Counted from the stretch's first letter, positions 19,430 to 29,469 are shown. The stretch: 44,587 nucleotides of DNA from Ignavibacteriales bacterium (GCA_037441705.1 JBBIRR010000034.1:1-44587), one strand, 5' to 3'. The notes: generated from the sequence alone by a model not told the origin. Numbers and translations: made by a program.

Positions 19430-19849
19430 ATGACGTTGGAAGTCGATAATCAAAATACTCTCCACGACAACGGTCCGACAGTGGACGAAGAGAAGAAGAC
19501 CATCCTCATCTACAGTCCTGACCTGAATTTCTGTTTCAGCCTCTCGATGCTGTTTCAGAACAGGTACAACGTTATCACGACGACCGATGCAACCATGCTC
19601 GAGAAGTTCGTGGCAAACTATGCAGCGAACCTTGTCATTGTGGATGCGGCCCCGACAGAGAAGATGCTCGAGCGTCTGCAAAAGGTGAAGGCAAGCAATC
19701 CGACCGTTCCCATCATCATGCTGTATGTCTACAGTCCGAAGGAGGAGCAGTTGGATCGGGCGGCGCGGCGTCACGTGGACTCGGTCTTTTACAAGCCGTT
19801 CGACCTTCCCGCAATGTCCAAACGTATCAGCGAGTTGTTGCCACTCTGA
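19430..19849 (+). CDS. Atypical single receiver-domain protein
   Basis: REC-like pattern (LVIVDA, PIIML, FYKPFD), but the acidic pocket reads ILIYSPD instead of ILIVDD. Confidence 0.7.
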   Translation: MTLEVDNQNTLHDNGPTVDEEKKTILIYSPDLNFCFSLSMLFQNRYNVITTTDATMLEKFVANYAANLVIVDAAPTEKMLERLQKVKASNPTVPIIMLYVYSPKEEQLDRAARRHVDSVFYKPFDLPAMSKRISELLPL

Positions 19850-20043
19850 GCCTCACATCGTTGCCGGCGGGTTTCCTTTTGCTTTTCCAAAACTGAACAC
19901 GTACGCTCCCATTTTCTGGAAATACAACCCGATATGTACCCATATTGTGGCATTTTTCAACAGATTCGATGAGGTTCTCAGTGGCATATCAATTGACCTC
20001 CCGAAGCGGAGGCGTGCGTTCTCCAGCTATTCGAAGGCTCTAC

Positions 20044-22254
20044 ATGCTTCAAGTGATGTCATACATTCCGACACTCCTTCGTCGGCTCATCGTCTTCAGC
20101 GGCGTTCTTGCTCTGCATGTTATCGCGGGGTCGGATGTTGCTGCGCAGACGAACGAGTCGTGTCTTACGTGCCACGCGGAACGCTCCTTGACGATGGAGA
20201 AGAAGGGCAAAACGATTTCGCTCTTTGTCGATGCGAAGGCGTTTGAACGATCGGCGCACGGACTGCTGGAGTGTGTGGCGTGCCATGAGAATTTCAAGCC
20301 GGATCAGATCCCGCATGCACGCCGCCTCGTGCCCGTTGCTTGCACTTCCTGCCATGCAGACGAGAAGTTCGTCAACTATGCACAGAGTGTCCACGGTACG
20401 CTGAAAGCGGGAAAGCCTGCTGCTGCCTGCACCGACTGCCATACGACGCACGCCATACAACACATCTCGGAGAAAGGAGTCGAGGAGAAGAAAGTCTTTG
20501 CCGAGCTGATCTGCGCCCGGTGTCATGCCGAGATAGAAACGAAGTATAAAGCATCCGATCACGGCATTGCGCTGCATGCGGGAGTGAAAGGCGCGCCGAC
20601 CTGTATTGATTGCCACGGCGAACACGAAGTGGTCTCGTCCACCGTGGAAGCTGCGCAGACAAGCAGGAAGAATGAAGCGACAATGTGCCTGCACTGCCAT
20701 CTCGATAATGCAGAAGTCCGCGCACGGGTGGGGCCTTCGGCGAAGTTCATTGCGAGCTACGAAAACAGCGTGCATGCGCAGGCGGTGCAGCACGGCAACG
20801 AAGCTGCCGCGACATGCACGGACTGCCACGGCAGTCATGAAATGAAAAAAGGCTCCAACCCCGAATCGAAAGTTTCGAAGAACCATATTGCGGAGACCTG
20901 CGGGCAATGCCACGGTGATGTGAAGGCGGAGTACGACGCCAGCAGTCACGGCAAGGCACTGCAGCGCGGCGTGCTTGCCTCGGCAACATGCACGGACTGC
21001 CACGGCGAGCATAATATTCTCTCGCCGACCGATCCCCGCTCGCCGGTTGCTCCGAAAAACGTCTCAGCGCAGGTCTGTTCGCCCTGCCACGCGTCGTTGA
21101 AGCTCACCGAGAAGTACGGTCTTGCCACGGATCGCTTCAAGAGCTTTGCCGATAGTTATCACGGTCTGGCGAGCCGTGCCGGTGCTGTGGAGGTGGCGAA
21201 CTGTGCAAGCTGCCACGGCGTGCATGACATCAAGCCCTCGACCGATCCGACGTCGCGCATTCACCCCGCGAATCTTGCAGCCACATGCGGCTCATGCCAT
21301 CCCGGCGCCAACGAAAACTTCACGAAGGGAAAGGTTCACGTGATTGCGACGGCGGGAGACGACAGGATTCTGTATTACGTCTCCACCGGCTACATCATTC
21401 TGATTGTTCTCACGATCGGGGGCATGGCGATCCACAACGTTCTTGATTTCATCAAGAGGGCGAAGAAGCAGCTCATGTACAGGCGCGGGCTGCTGGAGCG
21501 GAAGCATCACGAGCCGCGGTTGTATCTGCGCATGTCGTTGAACGAACGCGTGCAGCATGGGATTCTTGCCATCAGCTTCATGGTTCTCGTCCTCACAGGC
21601 TTCGCCCTCCGCTTCCCGGATGCATGGTGGGTGGCATCCATCCGCAATCTAATTCCGGCAGCATTCGAACTGCGCAGCCTGATGCACCGCATAGCAGGTC
21701 TGGCACTCATTGCTGTGAGTCTCTATCACGTCTATTATATCGCTGTTGTGCCGAGAGGGAAACAACTGTTGCGCGACATGCTGCCCGTTCAGAAGGATCT
21801 CACCGACCTGATCGGTTGCTTAAAATATTACCTCGGCCTCGCGCCCGAGAAGCCGAAGTTCGGCCGGTTCAGCTATATCGAAAAGGCGGAATACTGGGCG
21901 CTTATCTGGGGAACCGTCGTCATGGGGGCAACGGGCTTCATTCTCTGGTTCGACAACACCTTCATGGGCTTGCTGACGAAATTAGGATGGGACATCGCCC
22001 GCACGATTCATTACTACGAAGCGTGGCTTGCAACGCTCGCCATCCTTGTCTGGCATTTCTACTTCGTCATCTTCAACCCCGATTCCTATCCGTTGAATCT
22101 CGCGTTCTGGAAAGGAACCCTCACCGAAGAAGAAATGGAGGAGGAGCATCCGCTGGAGCTGCACGAAATCAGGCGGCGCGAAATGCTGGAACGGCTGGCG
22201 GAAGAAGAACGCGCAAAAGCTGAAAAAGAAGAAATCACCGCAAGTTCACAATGA
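20044..22254 (+). CDS. Fused 13-heme cytochrome c / cytochrome b inner-membrane quinol oxidoreductase (CbcL-like)
   Basis: Signal peptide, 13 CxxCH counted, TM helix, then FdnI-type diheme b domain (ERVQH..LTGF, MHR, GRFSYIEKAEYW, IHYYEA..WHFY); start 20044 or 20056. Confidence 0.85.
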   Translation: MLQVMSYIPTLLRRLIVFSGVLALHVIAGSDVAAQTNESCLTCHAERSLTMEKKGKTISLFVDAKAFERSAHGLLECVACHENFKPDQIPHARRLVPVACTSCHADEKFVNYAQSVHGTLKAGKPAAACTDCHTTHAIQHISEKGVEEKKVFAELICARCHAEIETKYKASDHGIALHAGVKGAPTCIDCHGEHEVVSSTVEAAQTSRKNEATMCLHCHLDNAEVRARVGPSAKFIASYENSVHAQAVQHGNEAAATCTDCHGSHEMKKGSNPESKVSKNHIAETCGQCHGDVKAEYDASSHGKALQRGVLASATCTDCHGEHNILSPTDPRSPVAPKNVSAQVCSPCHASLKLTEKYGLATDRFKSFADSYHGLASRAGAVEVANCASCHGVHDIKPSTDPTSRIHPANLAATCGSCHPGANENFTKGKVHVIATAGDDRILYYVSTGYIILIVLTIGGMAIHNVLDFIKRAKKQLMYRRGLLERKHHEPRLYLRMSLNERVQHGILAISFMVLVLTGFALRFPDAWWVASIRNLIPAAFELRSLMHRIAGLALIAVSLYHVYYIAVVPRGKQLLRDMLPVQKDLTDLIGCLKYYLGLAPEKPKFGRFSYIEKAEYWALIWGTVVMGATGFILWFDNTFMGLLTKLGWDIARTIHYYEAWLATLAILVWHFYFVIFNPDSYPLNLAFWKGTLTEEEMEEEHPLELHEIRRREMLERLAEEERAKAEKEEITASSQ

Positions 22255-24263
22255 AGCGATACGCGCGACACGTCGGATGGATTCTAGCGGGAACATTCCT
22301 CGCCGCCGCATCTCTCCCGGCACAGGAGAATGCAGACTGCATGCTCTGTCACGGCGACCGAACGCAGATGGGAAAGCGGCAGGGGAAGACAATCTCCGTG
22401 TTTGTGAATGAGAAGAAGTTCGCCGCGTCGGTCCATGGCACCGTCCCGTGCGTTGGGTGTCATAGCGATCTCGCGGGACAAGAATTCCCGCATGCAGAAG
22501 ATCTTGCTGCCGTGGATTGCGGAACGTGTCATGCCGAGCAGCAGGAACAGCATGCAAAATCGCTGCACGGCAAAGCGATCCGCCGCGGCGATCCATTGGC
22601 GCCGCAGTGCAAGGATTGCCATGGTACGCACGACATTCTCCCGCGGAACGATCCGAACTCTCAAGTTGCGGCGCTGAAGGTGCCGTTCCTCTGCGGCAAG
22701 TGTCATCAGGAAGGAACGCCGGTAATGCGTCAACGGGAGATTCATCAGGATCACATCCTTGAGAATTTCTCGGAGAGTATTCACGGCGAAGGGTTGTTGA
22801 GAAAGGGGTTGATTGTTGCACCGCACTGCGCCTCGTGCCACACCGCCCATTCCATTCTGCCGCACACCGATCCGAACTCGTCCATTGCACGACGCAACAT
22901 CGCCGCCACGTGCACGAAGTGTCATGCACAGATCGAGACGGTGCATCGGAAAGTGATTCGCGGCGAGTTGTGGGAGAAGCAGGAACACGTCCTGCCCGCA
23001 TGCGTGGACTGCCATCAGCCGCACAAGATTCGGAAAGTGTACTACACGCAGGGCATGGCCGATGCGGATTGCATGCGCTGCCACGACGATCCGCAGGTGA
23101 AGGCCTCGAAGGATGGCCGCTCGCTATTTGTGGACTTCGATGAAGTAAAGCGCTCACGCCATGCGAAGATCGCCTGCAGTCAGTGCCATGCCGAAGTCAA
23201 CGCCTCGAAGGTGAGGCCGTGTGAGTCCATCGTGAACAAGGTGGATTGCAGTTCATGTCATGCGGAGATTGCCCAGCAGTTCAATCAAAGCATGCACGGC
23301 GAGCTTGTTGCAAAGAACGACCCGAACGGGCCGACATGCAAGGAGTGCCACGGCACGCACGGCACGCGGGGAAAGCGCGAACCGACCTCTCCGACGTTTG
23401 CCACGAACATCCCCAAGCTGTGTGCCCGCTGCCACCGCGAAGGAGAGAAAGCGGCTGTTCGCTACACCGGTTCAGAACGTGACATCATCAACCATTACGT
23501 AGAAAGCATTCACGGCAAAGGGCTGATGAAGAGCGGCCTGACGGTAACGGCCACGTGCACGAATTGCCATACGGCGCATCAAGTTCTGCCGAAGAAAAAT
23601 CCGCAGTCGAGCGTGAACCCGCAGAACGTTCCGCAGACGTGCGGCCAGTGTCATCACGGCATCCAGGAACAGTTTGAGCAAAGCATTCATCATGTGAAGC
23701 TTGGCAAGACGGATAAACCGCTGCCCGTGTGCAGCGACTGCCATAGTGCGCACACCATTCAGCGCGCCGACGCCGAAGGCTTCAAGCTCGACATCATGAA
23801 TAAGTGCGGACGCTGCCACGAACCGATTGCCAGGACGTACTTCGAGACATATCACGGCAAAGTATCGCAGCTGGGCTACACGAAGACGGCCAAGTGCTAC
23901 GACTGTCACGGCGCGCATGATATTCTTCCGGTTGCCGATCCGCGCTCGCATCTCAGCAGAGAGAACGTCGTGGCAACATGCCAGAAGTGTCACCCCGGCG
24001 CAACGCGTCGCTTCGCCGGCTACCTGACGCATGCTACGCACCACGATCCGGAAAAATATCCGTTCCTGTTCTGGACATTTTGGGGCATGACGGGGTTGCT
24101 GATCGGGACGTTTGTCTTCGGCGGCGTGCACACGCTGCTGTGGCTTCCGCGCGCCTTGCAGATGCGACGCGAACTGAAACACAAAACCGATCGTCGCCCC
24201 GAACAGCTTCGCATGCAGAAGTCGCCACCTTCATCGAACACACATGACGACAGAGCAGATTGA
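22251..24263 (+). CDS. 19-heme cytochrome c with C-terminal membrane anchor (c-part of a split CbcL-like complex)
   Basis: Signal peptide; 19 CxxCH counted; YLTHATHHDPEKYP then TM helix; ATGA overlap with the upstream stop. Confidence 0.88.
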   Translation: MKRYARHVGWILAGTFLAAASLPAQENADCMLCHGDRTQMGKRQGKTISVFVNEKKFAASVHGTVPCVGCHSDLAGQEFPHAEDLAAVDCGTCHAEQQEQHAKSLHGKAIRRGDPLAPQCKDCHGTHDILPRNDPNSQVAALKVPFLCGKCHQEGTPVMRQREIHQDHILENFSESIHGEGLLRKGLIVAPHCASCHTAHSILPHTDPNSSIARRNIAATCTKCHAQIETVHRKVIRGELWEKQEHVLPACVDCHQPHKIRKVYYTQGMADADCMRCHDDPQVKASKDGRSLFVDFDEVKRSRHAKIACSQCHAEVNASKVRPCESIVNKVDCSSCHAEIAQQFNQSMHGELVAKNDPNGPTCKECHGTHGTRGKREPTSPTFATNIPKLCARCHREGEKAAVRYTGSERDIINHYVESIHGKGLMKSGLTVTATCTNCHTAHQVLPKKNPQSSVNPQNVPQTCGQCHHGIQEQFEQSIHHVKLGKTDKPLPVCSDCHSAHTIQRADAEGFKLDIMNKCGRCHEPIARTYFETYHGKVSQLGYTKTAKCYDCHGAHDILPVADPRSHLSRENVVATCQKCHPGATRRFAGYLTHATHHDPEKYPFLFWTFWGMTGLLIGTFVFGGVHTLLWLPRALQMRRELKHKTDRRPEQLRMQKSPPSSNTHDDRAD

Positions 24264-25155
24264 ACATAAGGACGAACGCCCTGGCGTATCGGAGGCAGAG
24301 AGCCCGGCACCGGATGTTACCGCGTTCGGCGATAAACAGTACGAGCGCTTCACGCGTCTGCATCGGACCCTGCACATTCTCATGATCATCAGCTTCATGA
24401 GTCTCGCGCTGACCGGCATGACGTTGAAGTTTTCGTACACCGGGTGGGCGGTGATCCTGTCGCGGCTGTTCGGAGGATTCGAGAGCGCGGGCTATATCCA
24501 TCGCGTTGCCGCCGTGCTGATGCTGGGTTTGTTCGTGACCCATCTGTACGATCTCGTTCGGCGCAAGCGAACGGAATTCGGTTCATGGAAGGCTATGCTC
24601 TTCGGGCCTGATACAATGCTCTTCACCAAGAAAGACGTCCAGGACTTCATCGGCAACATCAAGTGGTTTTTGGGTAAAGGTCCTCGGCCTGCATACGGAC
24701 GGTGGACGTATTGGGAGAAGTTCGATTACTTCGCCGTGTTCTGGGGAATCTTCGTCATCGGTTCGACGGGGTTGATGTTGTGGTTCCCGGAGTTCTTCAC
24801 TCAATTCATTCCGGGATGGATGCTGAACGTGGCGACGATCATTCACAGCGACGAAGCGTTGCTGGCGGTCGGGTTCATCTTCACGGTCCATTTCTTCAAC
24901 ACGCACTTGCGCCCTGAAAAATTCCCGATGGACATCGTGGTCTTCACGGGGCGCATGGATCTCGACGAGTTGCAGCGGGATAAGCCGTTGGAGTACCAGG
25001 CGTTGGTCGAACGGGGGGAATTGGAGAAGCATCTGGTTGATCCGTACCCGCCGATCGTCATCAGAGCAGCGCGCATTTTCGGTTGGTGCGCGCTCACGAT
25101 CGGCTTCAGTATCGTCGTGTGGATCATTTATGCCATGGTGTTTGCTTATCGCTAA
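24244..25155 (+). CDS. Cytochrome b subunit (FdnI/Ni-hydrogenase b-type), b-part of the split CbcL-like complex
   Basis: RFTRLHRTLH, YIHR..TH, GRWTYWEKFDYFAVFWG and IIHSDEALLA..VHFFNTH; overlaps the upstream gene by 20 nt. Confidence 0.85.
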   Translation: MTTEQIEHKDERPGVSEAESPAPDVTAFGDKQYERFTRLHRTLHILMIISFMSLALTGMTLKFSYTGWAVILSRLFGGFESAGYIHRVAAVLMLGLFVTHLYDLVRRKRTEFGSWKAMLFGPDTMLFTKKDVQDFIGNIKWFLGKGPRPAYGRWTYWEKFDYFAVFWGIFVIGSTGLMLWFPEFFTQFIPGWMLNVATIIHSDEALLAVGFIFTVHFFNTHLRPEKFPMDIVVFTGRMDLDELQRDKPLEYQALVERGELEKHLVDPYPPIVIRAARIFGWCALTIGFSIVVWIIYAMVFAYR

Positions 25156-25211
25156 AGGGAGTAGTACATTGACGCCATCTGAGTGCATCCATACACATCG
25201 CCGTTGAAGAC

Positions 25212-26705
25212 ATGAAGCGACTCTTTCCGACATCCTTCTACAATATCGTTACCCTCGTGGGCGCGGCAATCGCCGGCGTGAGTTTCGGACTGATTGTATT
25301 CCTGGTTCTCTTAGAGACGCTTGCGCCGACGCCGAAGCCGTACATGGGCATCATCGCTTTCGTGATTCTTCCCGGCATCATGCTCATCGGTATCGCTGTT
25401 GCGATCGTCGGTATTATTCGCGAGCATCGTCGTGAGCGCGCCGGAAAACCGCACGGCATGCATCTGCCGCAGGTGGATTTGAACAACCCGCGCCATCGTC
25501 GGGCGGTGGTCCTGTTCTCGACGGGGACCATCCTCCTGTTGTTGTTCTCCGCGTTTGGCAGCTACAAAGCGTACGAACACACCGACTCCGATCAGTTTTG
25601 CGGTCAAACGTGCCACACGGTGATGGAGCCGGAGTTCACGGCGTATCAGTACTCGCCGCATGCGCGCGTTGGGTGCGTGCAGTGTCATATCGGTCCGGGC
25701 GCGGATTGGTTTGTGCGGTCGAAGATCTCAGGCTCGTATCAGGTCTATGCCACGACGTTCAACAAGTTTCCGCGTCCCATCCCCACCCCGATCGAGAATC
25801 TGCGTCCGGCACAGGAGACGTGCGAGCAATGCCACTGGCCCAAACATTTCTTCAGCGAGAAGCTGCATACGAATACCTATTATCTCTCCGACGAGCAGAA
25901 CACAAAGTGGACGCTCAACCTGCTGATGAAAATCGGTGGCGGCAATGTGGAAGCCGGCCCGACCTCCGGCATTCACTGGCACATGAACATTGCCAACGAG
26001 GTCACCTACGTTGCCAGCGACTCGCAGCGCCAGGTGATTCCCTGGGTGCAGGTGAAACATGCCGATGGCAGAGTGGAGGTCTATCGCAGCACCGAGACCG
26101 CGTTGAGTGACGAAGAGCTTGCGGCGTTCAAGAAGCGTCGGATGGATTGCATTGACTGTCACAATCGACCGACGCATATCTATCATCCGCCTGCCCGATC
26201 GGTCAATCACGTCATGTCGTTGGGATGGATTGATCCGACGCTGCCGAATGTGAAGCAGGTTGCAGTTCAGGCGCTGGAAACTCCCTACAGCACGAAACAG
26301 GCCGCCCTCGATAGTATCAGGATTGTGATCGACGAATACTACAAAACGATGTATCCCGCCGTGGCCGACACACGCCGATCGGCCATCGAGCGCACCATCG
26401 CCGAAGTGCAGAAGATCTACAGCCGCAACTACTTCCCCGAGATGCGCGTCAGCTGGAAGCAGTATCCGGACAATATCGGGCATCTGTACTATAAGGGATG
26501 TTTTCGCTGCCACGACGATAAGCACGTCTCCGAGAGCGGCAAGGTGCTCACACGCGACTGTAACAGCTGCCACACGATTCTTGCGCAGCAATTTGAGAAA
26601 GAGAAACTGCGGATCGCCCTCGGTGGGGTGGAGTACAGGCACCCGACCGACATCGGGGACGCGTGGAAAGAGATGAACTGCAGCGAGTGTCATAATCCAC
26701 AATAA
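25212..26705 (+). CDS. NapC/NirT-family membrane heptaheme cytochrome, ImcH-like
   Basis: Three N-terminal TM helices; FCGQTCH (CX3CH) plus 6 CxxCH; SPHARVGCVQCHIGPGADWFVRSKISG and LRPAQETCEQCHWP motifs. Confidence 0.82.
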   Translation: MKRLFPTSFYNIVTLVGAAIAGVSFGLIVFLVLLETLAPTPKPYMGIIAFVILPGIMLIGIAVAIVGIIREHRRERAGKPHGMHLPQVDLNNPRHRRAVVLFSTGTILLLLFSAFGSYKAYEHTDSDQFCGQTCHTVMEPEFTAYQYSPHARVGCVQCHIGPGADWFVRSKISGSYQVYATTFNKFPRPIPTPIENLRPAQETCEQCHWPKHFFSEKLHTNTYYLSDEQNTKWTLNLLMKIGGGNVEAGPTSGIHWHMNIANEVTYVASDSQRQVIPWVQVKHADGRVEVYRSTETALSDEELAAFKKRRMDCIDCHNRPTHIYHPPARSVNHVMSLGWIDPTLPNVKQVAVQALETPYSTKQAALDSIRIVIDEYYKTMYPAVADTRRSAIERTIAEVQKIYSRNYFPEMRVSWKQYPDNIGHLYYKGCFRCHDDKHVSESGKVLTRDCNSCHTILAQQFEKEKLRIALGGVEYRHPTDIGDAWKEMNCSECHNPQ

Positions 26706-26726
26706 CGGTCAATCTTAGGATATTGG

Positions 26727-27467
26727 ATGAAGAGATTTCTGCACGCCATACCTGAGTCGTTGCGACGCCTGGTCGTTGTCTTCCTTCTGATGGTGGGCGG
26801 GTTTGTTCTGGTGAGAACGATGCTGCCATCGGAACTGAAGGACAATGCTCTTCACGTGCAGGCGACCATCGAACGGGAGCTGGCCAAACCCATCAAGCAC
26901 ACCGGATCAGAAGTCTGTGCAGATTGCCATGAAGAGTATGTCGTGAAGAAGGGCGGGTATCACCGGAACCTCTCTTGTGAAACCTGCCACGGCCCTGCGA
27001 GAGAACACACAGAGAATCCCGGTGAATCGAAGCCCACGCTGCCACGAATGCGCGAGTTCTGTGTGCGGTGCCATGCCTTCAATCCGTCGCGGCCGACAGG
27101 ATTTCCGCAGATCAACCCTGCCGCGCACAACCCACTGAAGCCGTGCGTCACATGCCATAACCCGCATGATCCCAAACCGCCAACGGTGCCCCAGGAATGT
27201 CAGGCTTGCCATGCCCAGATCGCGCGGACAAAAGCAGTCTCGCCTCACGTGGCTCTGGAGTGCACGACGTGCCATAGCGTTCCGCAGCAACACAAGATCA
27301 CGCCACGAGCAGTTCTCGCAACCATCCCTTCCGAGCGAGAGTTTTGCGGGAAGTGTCACGGCTTAGAATCGCCGGTCAAGGAAACTCCCAAAGTGGACAT
27401 AACGAAGCATGGCGAGAAATATCTCTGTTGGCAATGTCATTACCCGCATATGCCGGAGGTGCACTGA
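26727..27467 (+). CDS. Membrane-anchored octaheme cytochrome c (partner of the 4Fe-4S/NrfD module)
   Basis: N-terminal TM helix; 8 CxxCH counted. Confidence 0.85.
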   Translation: MKRFLHAIPESLRRLVVVFLLMVGGFVLVRTMLPSELKDNALHVQATIERELAKPIKHTGSEVCADCHEEYVVKKGGYHRNLSCETCHGPAREHTENPGESKPTLPRMREFCVRCHAFNPSRPTGFPQINPAAHNPLKPCVTCHNPHDPKPPTVPQECQACHAQIARTKAVSPHVALECTTCHSVPQQHKITPRAVLATIPSEREFCGKCHGLESPVKETPKVDITKHGEKYLCWQCHYPHMPEVH

Positions 27468-27469
27468 GT

Positions 27470-28210
27470 ATGGAACGGAGGACATTCGTCAAAAAACTTG
27501 CTGCCCTTCTTGCCCCTGCGACAGCCCTGGGCTTTGTGTTCAAGCGTGCCCGGGCAGAGACCACCGACTATGATCCGTCGAAGCACTACTACGGAATGGG
27601 AATTCAGGTTGACAGGTGCATAGGCTGTGGGCGCTGCGTCGAAGCGTGCAAAGATGAGAATGGTGTGTCGAAAGATCCTTTTTACTTCCGCACGTGGGTC
27701 GAGCGGTATACCATCAAGGAAGATGGTGAGGTCATCGTCGAAAATATTGACCCGAGAATCAGCGGCGCCAAAGAGTCCGTTGGCGACGGCGATGTGTTGA
27801 GAAGCTTTTTCGTCCCCAAGCTCTGCAACCAATGTGACAACCCGCCGTGTGTCCAGGTGTGCCCCGTGGGGGCGACCTTCAAAACCGAAGATGGCGTCGT
27901 GCTCGTTGATGATCAGCGGTGCATCGGCTGCCGCTACTGCATACAGGCCTGCCCGTATGGCGCTCGCTATCTCAATCCTGTGACGGAGACAGCCGACAAG
28001 TGCACGTTCTGCTATCATCGCATCACCAGGGGGATGCTGCCGGCGTGTGTGGAAGTGTGTCCGACCCAGGCCAGAATCTTTGGTGATGTGAGAAGCAGCG
28101 CCAGCCCGTTGACGCGCTTCAAGCGTATGAACAAGCTTCATGTGCTCAAACCCTCGTTGAACACGGAACCGAAGGTCTTCTACGCCAGTCTCGATGGAGA
28201 AGTACGATGA
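27470..28210 (+). CDS. Tat-exported 4x[4Fe-4S] protein (NrfC/DmsB family)
   Basis: MERRTFVK twin-arginine signal; CIGCGRCVEAC, CNQCDNPPCVQVCP, CIGCRYCIQACP and CTFC...CVEVCP. Confidence 0.92.
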   Translation: MERRTFVKKLAALLAPATALGFVFKRARAETTDYDPSKHYYGMGIQVDRCIGCGRCVEACKDENGVSKDPFYFRTWVERYTIKEDGEVIVENIDPRISGAKESVGDGDVLRSFFVPKLCNQCDNPPCVQVCPVGATFKTEDGVVLVDDQRCIGCRYCIQACPYGARYLNPVTETADKCTFCYHRITRGMLPACVEVCPTQARIFGDVRSSASPLTRFKRMNKLHVLKPSLNTEPKVFYASLDGEVR

Positions 28211-29421
28211 ATCCCGTTACGGAAAAACTGTACGACGTCATGAGCCAGATCGGGGGCTACATCTATCCCAACGAGATTGAAGTGCATTGGGGTATCCTGG
28301 TCGTGGTGTATCCTTACCTCACCGGCCTTGTTGCCGGCGCGTTCATTCTTGCCTCGCTCGTGAAGGTCTTCAATATCAAAGAAGTGCAGGCAGTCTATCG
28401 GCTGTCGTTGTTGACGGCACTCGCGTTTCTCCTCATTGCGCCGCTGCCGCTGCTGCTGCATCTTGGTCATCCGGAACGATCGTTTGAGATCTTCCTGACG
28501 CCCAACTTCAGATCCGCCATGGCAATGTTCGGCTTCGTGTATGCCTGGTACCTGATGGTCGTGCTGCTTCTGGAGATATGGTTTACGTATCGCAAAGACG
28601 TGATCCTCTGGGCGCAGAGAGAGCATGCTCCGATGAAGTGGATTCACAAACTTATTTCTCTCTTCTCCACCGATGTGAGCGACAGAGCCGTGGAGTTTGA
28701 TAAGAAAGTCGTTAAGGGCATCACGATTATCGGCATCCCTTCAGCGTTCTTGCTGCACGGATATGTTGGCTTCATCTTTGGGTCCATCAAGGCAAACCCG
28801 TGGTGGAGCAGCGTGTTGATGCCGATCGTGTTTCTCTTCTCGGCAATTGTTTCTGGCATCGCCCTGATCATTTTCCTGTATATGGTGGTGACCCCGTACC
28901 GCGGAGAGAAGATCGACATGCGCTGTCTGGATACGATGGCGTCGTTTCTGTTCTATGCCGTGATTGTTGACTTCTCTCTGGAGCTGCTCGATTTCATTCA
29001 CCGCCTCTATGAGAGCGAGGAGTCCATCAAGATTCTCTCGCAGATGGTGATGAACAAGCTGTACATCAGCCTTGTCATCATTCAGGTGCTCCTTGGGATG
29101 ATCATTCCCCTGGCGTTGATGGTGAGTGTAAAGCTGTTCAGGTTCGCGGATGAACTGAGGAAGCTTCTGTACTTTGTCGCCGTTATTCTGATCCAGTTGG
29201 GCATCTTCGCAACCCGGTGGAATGTTGTGATCGGAGGTCAGATGTTTTCAAAGAGTTTCCGTGGGCTCACGGCGTACAAAATGGAGTTGACGGGATGGGA
29301 GAGTCTGCTGATGGCGCTTCTCCTGTTGGTCTTGCCGTTTCTCGTGCTTGCTGTTCTCATCAGGATTCTCCCACCCTGGGAGCCATCGCCGAAACAGACA
29401 CTTGCGGAGGCAACGACCTGA
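28207..29421 (+). CDS. NrfD/PsrC family polytopic quinone-binding membrane protein
   Basis: WGILVVVYPYLTGLVAGAF, LLHLGHPER, LHGYVGFIFG and RWNVVIGGQ; many TM helices; ATGA overlap. Confidence 0.9.
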   Translation: MNPVTEKLYDVMSQIGGYIYPNEIEVHWGILVVVYPYLTGLVAGAFILASLVKVFNIKEVQAVYRLSLLTALAFLLIAPLPLLLHLGHPERSFEIFLTPNFRSAMAMFGFVYAWYLMVVLLLEIWFTYRKDVILWAQREHAPMKWIHKLISLFSTDVSDRAVEFDKKVVKGITIIGIPSAFLLHGYVGFIFGSIKANPWWSSVLMPIVFLFSAIVSGIALIIFLYMVVTPYRGEKIDMRCLDTMASFLFYAVIVDFSLELLDFIHRLYESEESIKILSQMVMNKLYISLVIIQVLLGMIIPLALMVSVKLFRFADELRKLLYFVAVILIQLGIFATRWNVVIGGQMFSKSFRGLTAYKMELTGWESLLMALLLLVLPFLVLAVLIRILPPWEPSPKQTLAEATT

Positions 29422-29469
29422 TGAACTGTACAACATCGCATGATTCAATGTACGATCGGAATCACAGTC

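Noticed and set aside
26727-29421. Alternative complex III or Nrf nitrite reductase
   Set aside because: No ActB molybdopterin-like fusion, no ActD/E/F, and no CxxCK NrfA-type catalytic heme in any cytochrome.
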